The position numbers and the translations under genes are program-made. A stretch of 61,244 nucleotides of DNA, the filler included, from Sphacelaria rigidula (lineage: Eukaryota): NCBI GenBank assembly GCA_964200075.2. It is 4 parts of 4 records of this genome, joined end to end, with 100 filler letters (N's around TTAATTAATTAA, not from the genome) between each part and the next. Parts side by side here need not be neighbours in the genome. Positions count along the whole stretch, not along the records: positions 30,675 to 45,909 come from CAXNAA020001846.1; positions 46,010 to 61,244 come from CAXNAA020001847.1; 2 more parts are not named here. One strand, 5' to 3'. Positions 38,301 to 47,826 of this stretch are shown here, in pieces; the first letter of the stretch is position 1, and every line of letters begins with the position of its first letter. Under the pieces are notes generated by a model. That model made no database searches. It was not told the DNA's origin and worked only from the letters and a program-made list of their open reading frames with translations.

Positions 38301-40155
38301 GATTGTGTACGCCCTCCGCTTCGTCGTCTGATAGGTCATCTTCTTCCTCTTCTTGAATTGCGCAACATCCACCAGTGTCATCTTTCGCGGAGTCACCTAT
38401 CGACGGGGTTTCTTCCGCTTCATTGGAGGCAGTTACCCGTACCATATTTTCCCTGATCTCCTCGAAAGCCCCACAGCTCACCTGAACCAGGTGCCGCGCA
38501 ATTACTGCATATTTCGAATGTCTCAGTCCTTTTGGCACTGACGATAGAAGAGCGTGGATTTCGAGGTACTGTTTTCTGAACATGTGACTGAGTTTTTACA
38601 GCTTTCACGCAAAACTATTAACCTAAGGCGTGTTTTTCAGACCCGTGTAAACATGTGCCCAAGTTCAGCACGAGACTTAGTATATAGAAAATAAGCAAGT
38701 GGTAGCGCAATTGCTAAAAATTTGGCTGCGTGCACAAAGTTGAACACACCTGACCCATTGCGTGCTCTCATTAGATAAAACGAATCGGACCGCACTGGGG
38801 TGACATTTTTGGTGCGCGCATGACGTATGCTGGTGGATTCTTCTTTGGCCTTCCGCCGTATTTGTTTCTGCCGTCCGTCTTTCCTGTGTCCGCATAGTTT
38901 CTCCTCTGTCAAGGCTGGAAATAATGAGGCGTCTGGCCCGGGAACAGAAAGAGAGTGCCTCGAGAGGGTTAAGCTCAAAACTACGGTGAAGTATGCACGA
39001 TTTACCTATGGTGTTGTAAGAGCATCAATATTATTTGCGTGTGCCTAGTGCGTTTGGCGCTCGGCGCGCGGTACAAGGTGCTGCGCACACGCCCGGTCCC
39101 TTGCATCGCCCGCAACTAGTCGCCTACGTTATTGGCGTTTTCACCTGCTGTATGCCAAATCACGAGCCGTTATAATTAGCAATATAATCACAGCGCACCT
39201 TTGTAGCAGCGCCGTTGGGTTGGTATGCTCCTGCAAGCAAGTCAAGTGCTTTCGAGCCTTCCAGCTGGAGGTCAAAGTTTTGGTTTCGTGCGTACTCCTT
39301 GTCCGGTTGTATTTGCACACAAGAAGCATCGTCCCCGCCGCTCGTGCCGATAAGGGACTCAGTACCCACTGCGTGCTGGGCAACAATACATGGCTGCAGT
39401 GGGACTTGTGTGGGAATCCCCTTGTCGGTAGTGTTGCTACATTCAGTGTGGGTGGTGTTGTTTTCGAAGCCATTTGCGTCCGCTCCATCGTGATCGCGGT
39501 TGTGCGACTCGAGGTCGCTCATGCTGCCTCCCCTCCTTTCAGATGTCGGCGTCCCCAAGCAACAATTGGGACTCCCCCGCGCGGTTCCTTTCTGCGGAAC
39601 ATCGAATTCCGAGCTCAACTGAGCCTCGAACTCGTCTTCATCGACGAACGCGGGTCCAGCAGGCAGATTGTATTCTTCGGTTTTCACAAAGTTCAACCTG
39701 TGTGGTTGGTAAGCAATGCCGAACGCGTTGTCGGACGCCTCGCGATCGACGGACGAACAAGTTGCTCTTTCACTGCGGGATGCAGGATTCTCTAGCGAAG
39801 TACAGGAGAAACGAGGATTACAATTTTCCAATGTTACCCCAGGGTGAGGTTGTCTTGGAGGAAGGACTGAGACATCTGTCACTACACTTGCCACTTCGAC
39901 GGCATCGCGAAGAATCCCTTCGCTGTTCCTCCCAACAGCGACATCTCCCTCCAACGGCAACACATGCGTTGCAAGCTCGACGGTGCCATACTTGTCACTG
40001 CTACTGGTTGACAATTCTTGATGGTCCGACGACCCTGTGTCGGATCCATCCCCATCGTCGGGAAACATCACGTATTGCTGAACAACGCCGCCGTCCAGGA
40101 CGACCTCATCGGTAGTTCGCAAGCCAGTGGTTGTTGCTGGTGGTGTTGTTGCCAT
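32302..40155 (-). CDS. ELMO/CED-12 domain protein (ELMOD3-like Arf/Arl GAP), 9 exons, ~760 aa
   Basis: Exons 40155-39199, 38481-38179 (5' edge uncertain), 37778-37653, 37428-37378, 37159-37025, 36668-36489, 36178-36068, 35329-35168, 32559-32302, all GT-AG and in frame. Domain signature VHRRIIQTVYRRMTG...CPDEGPHWDTVGFQGNDPRTDLNRSMGMFSL...WPFLCVSIGFT. Confidence 0.88.
33180..34080. mobile_element. Diverged foldback element in the last ELMOD intron, with an internal ~43-nt tandem duplication (33455-33539)
   Basis: TCTACCAAACT..GATGGAAATCCGACGAC..GTTAGATT..AGCTGATGGC is mirrored at 33790-34030. Confidence 0.65.
34083..34371 (+). mobile_element. SINE family A, 5'-truncated copy lacking the tRNA head
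   Basis: Homologous to 1420-1699 (ATGCCCAACAGTGGAGAGCGAC; AAAGGCAAGCACCGCAGAAGGAAGGTGGAG). Confidence 0.8.
34634..34870. mobile_element. Small palindromic MITE
   Basis: GCGGGATTTT..GTTAGACCC..GCACACGTGTG.TATGG is mirrored by CCATAACACACGTGCGC..GGGTCTAAC..AAAATCCCGC. Confidence 0.75.
35611..35938 (+). mobile_element. tRNA-derived SINE, family B (intronic, antisense to ELMOD)
   Basis: A-box TGGTGTAATGG (35625), B-box GGTTCGATTC (35669), ~230-nt body and a (TG)n(TA)n tail. Confidence 0.7.
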
Positions 40156-40524
40156 GTCCTGTTTCCAGGAACGAACGACAAAAACCGCCACTACACCCGA
40201 GTACGGAGACAAAAACCTCTGTGTATACGCTCGACCTGAACAGAGAAATAGATGTCACAACAGGAAAAAATACTCGCACAATTGCTTGCGTGCCGTACAG
40301 TGATGATTTGCGAGTATCCGGCAGTGCGAACGCTATGCGACTAAGGAAGGGAGCTAGATATTTGAATCAAGGGCAACAGAAATCGACAAAAGATCCCGCC
40401 GTTCTCTTCGGTAGAAAATGGCAAAATGTCTGTGTTTGGATCATGACATTATGCGTCCCTCGATCAACACGGTACCGCTCGATCTCTGTCTGGCCGCCAC
40501 CTGCCCATCTCAGCAGCCCGAGCA

Positions 40525-41217
40525 ATGCAAACACTGGGAAGAGGGGCCACGGAAGCTGGTCTTCTGTATAGATTTATCAGTAGATGCTCTCCAGCCCTTT
40601 TTCTTTCGCCCTCAGTCTCAACACGATGGGTGTCTGGCGGTACCACTAAACGCTCAAAACCTAGCAAAGGATCGTCTGCCTCCACAGCAGCGGGTGCCAC
40701 TCCTCCCCCCCGTGATGATCATGACGACTTTTGGTCATCTCCAAAGAGCGCGGCAGAAACCACGACCACCAACCAAAACGTTGCGTCCTATGAAACGAGC
40801 GGTGAACGTGGTAGTGGTGGACTGTTGCCAGGCGTTGAGTCCTATGGAGCTAGTTCTGGACATGGAAATAGCAGACGTTTGCCAGGCGGGCAAGCTTACC
40901 AACAACATGATACTTCATCAAGTCACTACACCGCGGCCGCCAGCTACCCACCGCCGCCGCAGCCCGCCTTCGACATGAGCAGCCCGTTGCACATTTCGTC
41001 CAATCGACAAGTACAAGTGCGAAACTTCGAGGGTACGTTGCTGATTGATATCCGGCATTACTACAGGGAGGGATCAAGCGGTGCGGTCAAGCCGGGGTCC
41101 AAGGGGATTGCGATGACCCTTCCACAGTACAAACGACTGAAGGCGGCCTTGGCTGCTGTGGATGCGAAAATTCGCGAACAAGGAGAAGACCCCAGCCCAG
41201 CGGACTGGCCCCATTAG
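40525..41217 (+). CDS. PC4/SUB1 (p15) ssDNA-binding domain protein, intronless, 230 aa, with possible mitochondrial transit peptide
   Basis: C-terminal ISSNRQVQVRNFEGTLLIDIRHYY....VKPGSKGIAMTLPQYKRLK matches the PC4 domain (IDIRxYY, PGxKGI). ATG start, uninterrupted ORF. Confidence 0.9.
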   Translation: MQTLGRGATEAGLLYRFISRCSPALFLSPSVSTRWVSGGTTKRSKPSKGSSASTAAGATPPPRDDHDDFWSSPKSAAETTTTNQNVASYETSGERGSGGLLPGVESYGASSGHGNSRRLPGGQAYQQHDTSSSHYTAAASYPPPPQPAFDMSSPLHISSNRQVQVRNFEGTLLIDIRHYYREGSSGAVKPGSKGIAMTLPQYKRLKAALAAVDAKIREQGEDPSPADWPH

Positions 41218-43051
41218 GTTCACGGATCCACACCGAGCAAAAAACTGAGCTGGCAGAAACACGTGAGCACGCGCAGAGTATCAGGGGATCGTTTTTCACG
41301 ATGCTGGCTTCTGCTGCTCTGTTGCGCCAACTTTTGCGCTTTCAATATCAGACGATGATTGTGACATATTGCCCTCTTCTGAAGGGATACTACCACTGGA
41401 GAGGCGACCGGTAATTTTCATAAACGGTGGGCAAGGCGGCGGGGGGGGGGGGACGAGGCTTCCACCTGATACTTGTTACTAAAGTGCGGCCGGTAAGGAT
41501 GGATGGAGTTCGTCGGAGGCAGGACCGAGCCGGGATACGATGCGAATCGAAGCCATAGACTTGGGAGCAGCTGTGGCCGGGGAAGTGATGATCCACAAGC
41601 AATTTTTTGAGCTACTGCCGTCCTTCGATGGCTGAGTGTGTATCGGACGTCGAATGCAGCATTGAAGGAAATCTGAGTGAAAAAGAGCTAGTGAGCGAGA
41701 ACGAGAACGATGAAAAGCAACGGGGAGTCAAAGAGAGAGGCACAAGAGACACGAAGCTCAAACACCGCCGTGCTTTTCGTCCAAGCAGTAGTGCAAGGTA
41801 TCGTTCGTCTGTTTCACTGCGGTGGAAGCGTGTTGATATGTCGCCTGTACTTACTGGAGTGTGTGAATTGCCAAGTGCTTTGGTCCGATATAATCTCGTG
41901 AGTAGTGGTTATACTGAGTGACTATTCTTCATTTTGTGCCGAAGAAGGCTTCTTGGTGTAGAGGAGAGTTTCTCCGCTGGTATCACCGTCGTTTGTGAAG
42001 GTAGAGACAAAAGTCTTTCTCTGTGTGTTCGCTCGCCGTTTTAGGTGCTGGGCATGTGAAGTCTTGATGCCATCTGCTCCATTTAGACAAGAAAATAAGC
42101 CCACCATGATGCTCATTGTCGCTAGTCCTCCAGTTTCAACGCTGTTTCTTCTGTTGTTGGCGTTTCGGAGTTCCGTGCGGTCTGTGGGTAGATGCGGTGG
42201 ATATATGTGATGTGTTCTTGAACGAATTCAAACCTCTGTCGCTTTCAGTGGTGCGTGTTGAGGTGTTCTTCCTGGTTTTGGTCGTGCTTTCACCGTCGCT
42301 GCTCGCTTGTCGTAACGGGATTATCCAAGCAACCCAGTTCCCACAAACTCGTGCTCGCGTTGAATCCGCACCCACACAGATGCTTGCGATGAGTGTTGTC
42401 CAGCACGCTACCGCTTGGGCAGAAGTTTTATCGTGCATCCTGTTATTCGCAGCTGATTAATGAGATTTCCATCACGGCGATATGCGTCAGTTTAGTTGGT
42501 CGTGTGCATAGAGTTTCCCCTTCGATATAGGTTGCGGTGTAAGTGTGATACTGTGGGACGTTGTGGCATCGGTGTTCTTGCAATCTTGCAAGATGGAAAG
42601 CTTGTCGGGATGCGATCCAAGCGTCCATGTTTTCGTGATTTATGCGTACGATGCACGGTAGATGTATAAGAAGCAAAACCAAACACAGACTTGATAGTCG
42701 AAGCGTAAGGGTGATATCCGAGTTCTTTTTACAAGTGTGCATGTAGGTCTCCAAGTATCCACAACGCGCAAGCACCCACACACATGAGGGGTGCGAGTAG
42801 CAGGTTGTGCGACCTCGTCACCGAACTGAATTCTCCTACCTGCCTATAGCTGCTCACTTTCATGTGTCGTCTAATTTCCCCCTAACTGACGATCGTGCTG
42901 CCGGAGTGAATTGGCCACGTTCTTCGGACAAGAGCGCGTAGGCTTTGGGGGTTTCGACCCAAATACCCACCTGAATTAGCATTATCCACTGAAGTGCTGT
43001 CGCACTTGGTTAAGCAAGCTATGAGTGTGTAGCGGACTCCATCGGAATATC

Positions 43052-43818
43052 CAAGATTGTCCTGCAGCAGGGTACGAATTCTTCATTACCCGGGGTAATG
43101 ACCCGGTTAATACCCGTGCCCGACACCTCTGTGCGTTCTGCAAGTCTCCCATACCGGTACCCGACCGTTCTGTAATATCTGTACGAAATGTTAAATGTTT
43201 ACCCTCACCTGGGGTACGGGAATACACGGTTGCGGGTAAGAGTTTCTGTACAACCTCCATGCCGTACCCGACATGTTCTGTAAGTTCTGTTAGGCTTTCA
43301 TATCGTTCCCCAACATTTCTGTAAGTTCTGCAAGGTATATCAAACCCAACCGAACATACCCGTCCCCTGCAGAATACACAACCTTGGAATTTTTGTTTTC
43401 AACCGTCCTAAGGGAAATCCTGGGGGGGGAGGATAAGATCAGAAAACCAAACCCATAACCACCTATGCGCGAACATCATGATTTATCGAAGCATGGTTCG
43501 ATACCATTTCATGGTAATGTCGTTCTGTATGGGTACGATTTTTTGTATACCCGGGGCAGTTATACAAGTATTATCCGTACACGACAACTCTGTAAATTCT
43601 GTAGGCCTCCCATTCCTGTACCAGATAATTCTGTGATATCTGTACGAAATATTTACCCTTTCTCGGGGTACGGACATACCCTTGTAGAAATACCCGGTTG
43701 CGGGTATGGGTATCTGTACAACCTCCATAACGTATACCTCACAGGTGAGTTCTGTAAGACTTCCATAACTGTAATCTACCAAATACACCGGTTCCATACA
43801 GAACACAGCCTTGAAATT
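43052..43818. mobile_element. Two diverged copies of a TTCTGTA/GGGTA-rich MITE family (43052-43386 and ~43510-43813)
   Basis: Both share GGGTACGA..ACCCGGGG..TTCTGT..TATCTGTACGAAAT..CGGTTGCGGGTA..TCTGTACAACCTCCAT and end ACA(A/G)CCTTG. The first starts CAAGATTGT, an imperfect TIR. Confidence 0.7.
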
Positions 43819-44999
43819 GCTCCCCCCTCTGTTCGACGTCGTTCATGCTGGGTGTGCTGTTGAAGACGAAAGATGCCGCTCACCGACCAGGGCGCGCTTC
43901 TTCTCCAAGGACTGCTGCTGCGCAAGCTCTCCAACGGAAGTTGAAGCAATGACGCGCAGCGGGGCGTTGGATAATCTAATCGAACACTGTGATACGAGAT
44001 GCAGCACGGCTCGTGAGGTCACGCGGCGGTGCCTTTTTGGTTCCTCACGCTGATATTGGCAGACCTAACCATCACCGACAATTTCTTTAGGTTCTGCATT
44101 CTTTCAACGCGTATTCGCCATTGTCCAGCAACTTAGCGCTACAAGCCAGCCCTGCTGCGCCTCATAGAAGGACATGAACACGCTCTTGACGTACGGCGAC
44201 AAGGGCATGACTGCCCCGCTGCCACTTAGTGGGGGTGCCTCCTGTAATGTCACGCCTGATCAGACGTGCGCGTGCACGTTTGGGGGTGACTGCTCCCAAC
44301 TCACGCAATCACCTGCTAACCTACATGGGCACATTATTTGAGCCTTCAAGGAGAGAGGCAAGTCGAACACCGACATATTGGAACGAGAACTGGTTTCCTT
44401 ATAGGTATGGTGACCCGTGTACTGGGTCGAAATGGAAAACACAACAAAGGGGGGGGCTTTGATGAGTGAGAGTCCTACACTACCCCGGGCAATGCACATG
44501 CCCGACGTGCCTGTCCTCGTTCCCTGTAGGGACTGAAATTCCCCCAATAATTGAAAAACATCAGATTCTGGAGCCATCATTCTGTGTACGAGTACACCTG
44601 CATTGCCTCACTTATCAGTTCATGCTACAGAGCATGACAGTAGAGTTTCCTAAAGTTCTATTTACTGTCATACTCTAGAGTTCGTGCCACTAGTGTGCTT
44701 TCACCGCGGGCTCGACAAGTCCGCACGCGAAGACTGCGGGATTCAGCGTTGTGGGTTTATGGTTCTATGTACAGTATGTGCTTCGTATTTTTGGAAGAGT
44801 TGTTTTTCGCAGCCTGCGCATGATAGCCAACAGGTGCCGACGTCACAACTCTTTATTCCGACAGCTAAGTATATTTTGTAGTTGTGCTGCAAAAAAAACA
44901 GTTGTTGTCCACGCACCCTCAGCAGTTGACCCTGAGACGATGGAACGTATATCTCGGTTACCTTAGTATATCGTACGAGTACCTATGCTTCTGACCTCA

Positions 45000-45200
45000 T
45001 GATATACTGGTGAATTCATTGTCGCACATCAACTGATCCCCCAGGGATCCAGCCGTGGCCACACAATAGAATGCCCGATAGAGAAAATGGAAACAACGCA
45101 CGTTGAAGGAGTGTGGAGAAAACAGACAAAAAGTGGAACAGACGGACAAGACTGGAAAAAAAGAAAAAACAGACAAACAAGAAGATAAAACGAAGACACG
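45000..45200 (-). repeat. LINE/SINE-type 3' tail remnant; related tails at 49990-50125 (+) and 60819-61110 (-)
   Basis: Pyrimidine-rich tract followed by TG(G/A)CCACGGC(T/C)GGATCCC..GG..A(T/C)CAGTT(G/A)ATGTGC. The 60.8-kb copy has TGACCACGATTGAATCC then a (CAAT)n tail. Confidence 0.55.
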
Positions 45201-45845
45201 GATAAAGTAGGAAATAATTAGACTTTTGCTTTCTACGCGCGCATAAAATTTCGCATAAACCGGGGTTTTGCGCGTAAGCATGTTCGTCATTTGAAAAACA
45301 CACGAGGTATATTTTTGGAGATTTCAGCATAACAAAAAATATATAAAAGCTAAGCTTTACGCATAATAACTTGGCGCATATAGTACTCCAACGGGGTTAT
45401 GTACCCCATGTTCAGCAGCTAATACCTGCCCACGGGTGCTCCATGTGGCGTGGTTCATGGAGTCGTGGCGTTTGTGTTCGTAATTTCTTTGTTTTGAACT
45501 TTGTTGCGGGTCTGATACCGGTTTTGGTTCTGTATGTGAGCTATTCTATATTCATGTGAAACTGATGAAAAATAAATGTGTCATTTTCCACATCAAACAG
45601 CGGCTCCCGCCACAACGTCAAACGCCAAACAGCCCAATCCGCAACTGTACAGTGTACAACGCACAGAACACACTGCATCGACAGTACAGCAGTGAGCACT
45701 ACACTACTCTGGCAGAGCAGGAAGAGGTCGAGGTGACCGAGGTGCAGACTCTGGCGCCCCAACAGCGCGACGCAAAGGAGACCGCTGAGGAACAGAGGGA
45801 GAGAGAAAAAGCGCAAAAAAACTTTTTTATTATCTTTTTTTTTTC

Positions 45846-45892
<47 letters not shown>

Positions 45893-45909
45893 TTTTTTTT
45901 GTGTTTTGT

Positions 45910-46009
45910 NNNNNNNNNNNNNNNNNNNNNNNNNNNNNNNNNNNNNNNNNNNNTTAATTAATTAANNNNNNNNNNNNNNNNNNNNNNNNNNNNNNNNNNN
46001 NNNNNNNNN
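45910..46009. other. Artificial contig linker, preceded by a poly-T run at 45835-45900
   Basis: N44-TTAATTAATTAA-N44. Confidence 0.98.
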
Positions 46010-46915
46010 TAGGCGGATGGTGACGCCTTGGAATGGCTTGCTCTACTCGTTGAGACCGTTCTAGGGCAACTTTGCATTTCCCGCTGGCCGCACTTTAGTT
46101 TTTGGCCAAATGAGGTCAAGCACGGATTTTCAGGAAAAAACAGTCAGGTGGTCAAAATTTCCCCCTGTTTTTTTATCGCTTGATCGTTTTTCATTGAAAA
46201 TCCGTGCTGGCCAAAAATATTAGTGCAGCCAGCGGGAAATGTAAAATTGCCCTGGAAATGTCTGAGTAGAACAAGTCGCTCCAAGGCGTCAACATCCGCC
46301 TAGCCCTCTTTACAGGCGTGAAACGACGGAGAAGGGCCCAAAAGGCAGTTTTGAACAGAATTTTTTGACGATTAAGTTTGTAAAGATGGTTGGAATCACG
46401 ACCTATCGGATCGGGATTTTTGTTTCCCATCGCACAGTTTCGATCGAAACCTAATGTGCAAAGACCGACTCTGATGGAAGCCGTTAAAAAGTCCTGCCCG
46501 AAACTGTTTTTTTTGCCCTTCTCCGTCGTTTTACGCCTGAAAAGAGGGCTAGGCGGACGTTGACGCCTTGGAGTGACTTGCTCTACTCATTGAGGCCGTT
46601 CCAGGGCAACTTTGTATTTCCCGCTTGCCGCACTTTAGTTTTTGGCCCAGCACGGATTTTCAACAAAAAGCGGTCAAGTTATCAAAAAAAGGGGGGAAAT
46701 TTTAATCACCTGGCTGTTTTTTCCTGAAAATCCGTGTTCGATCTCATTTGCCCAAAAACTAAAGTGCGGCCAGCAGGAAATGCAAAGTTGCCCTAGAACG
46801 GTCTCAACGAGTAGAGCAAGTCAAAATAGGCGTCCACATCCGCCTAACCCTCTTTTCGGGCGTAAATCGACAGAGAAGGGCCCAACAGACAGTTTTCGAC
46901 AGGAATTTTGAACGG
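46010..46915. repeat. Compound foldback repeat (palindrome whose arms are themselves palindromes) in CSN5 intron 1
   Basis: Unit TAGGCGGA..TGACGCCTTGGA..CTTGCTCTACTC..AGGGCAACTTTG..GCCGCACTTTAGTTTTTGG occurs forward at 46010 and 46550 and reversed ending at ~46302 and ~46846. Confidence 0.85.
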
Positions 46916-47058
46916 CTCCCATTACAGTTGGGCTAGGACAGGGCCTAAGACACGCCCTGATGGGCAACCAATTGGAAGAACAAAAGAAGGAAAGGAAGCG
47001 AAAAACGCCAGAATCACTCTCGCTCACACGGCGCGTTACATTTTTATTGTCTCGTTAA

Positions 47059-47160
47059 CCCTTTGACCGCGAGGGTAGGTCACCTGCTGAATCGGCATCA
47101 ATACTCACTTGAAAAAATTATGCACGATCCAGATGAACTACCCGCACCGCGGTCTAAGGG
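47059..47160. mobile_element. 102-bp piggyBac-type MITE
   Basis: TTAA|CCCTTTGACCGCG ... CGCGGTCTAAGGG|TTAA: 12/13 TIR match, CCC/GGG ends and TTAA TSD. Confidence 0.85.
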
Positions 47161-47396
47161 TTAAAAAGGTCCTCGGGAAGAACAGTACAGTCGTGGTAGA
47201 GAACGATCAGCGTCATGTGACTTGAGAACAAGTTTCCGATTTTGTTCCGAGAAGACGTTCAAGTTTTAAAGTTTGAGATTTCTTCTTGGCAAGGCGTGTC
47301 TCAACCTTGACATTCGTAGGCGAGAGAATAACGAACAAAGAGCACAATATATACGCAGAATATACTGCATGCTAGGGAAGTAGGGGGCGCACTCAC

Positions 47397-47602
47397 TCTT
47401 GCGTCCATGGCTTAGTCCTCCTTATTGAGTCTAGCTTGGCTTCATCGAAGCTGTATAGGCTGTCTCGAGAATCCGTTGTGGACGAAGCTGCTGCTGTTGT
47501 TGTTGCTGATGCACTGCCACCACCACTAGCGGCACCCGATTGAGACTCTTGATTCGATGAGGCAGCCGCAGACCCACCTCCGAAGCCACCGAACACGTTC
47601 AT
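47397..47602 (-). CDS. CSN5: COP9 signalosome subunit 5 (JAB1), first coding exon; remainder lies beyond the contig end
   Basis: DSLYSFDEAKLDSIRRTKPWTQ(D/E) resembles the conserved CSN5 N-terminal D.IY.YD.......KPW..DP motif; strong donor GA|GTGAGT. Confidence 0.75.
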
Positions 47603-47826
47603 TGTTCTTTATTGGAGCTGCAAGCACGGGGTCGACCGATCGAGGATGTGCGGTCTCCGTTCGGCTAGTATCACGCGTTTTATCACCCCCTAAAAAGAGG
47701 CGGCGTATCCACGGGACTTCAATTTAAATTCAGGCTAGTGTGATAAGTAAAATGTTCTGACAAGAAGGTAAGCACAGACAGGGACATGGTTTGGTGAACA
47801 GTTAGGTAGACTTCCTCGGGGGGAAA
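47603..47826. promoter_or_regulatory. Putative bidirectional promoter and 5' UTRs between CSN5 and JMJD6
   Basis: Only 224 nt separate the divergent ATGs. Confidence 0.6.

Noticed and set aside
39215-40115. + strand ORFs of 92-213 aa
   Set aside because: They are antisense to ELMOD exon 1.
42860-43000. Possible hammerhead or other ribozyme (CTGACGA and GTTTCG words)
   Set aside because: Core motifs are not on the same strand in the required order with pairing stems.
41922-44300. Possible further - strand gene exons
   Set aside because: I could not assemble a consistent spliced frame or recognise any domain.
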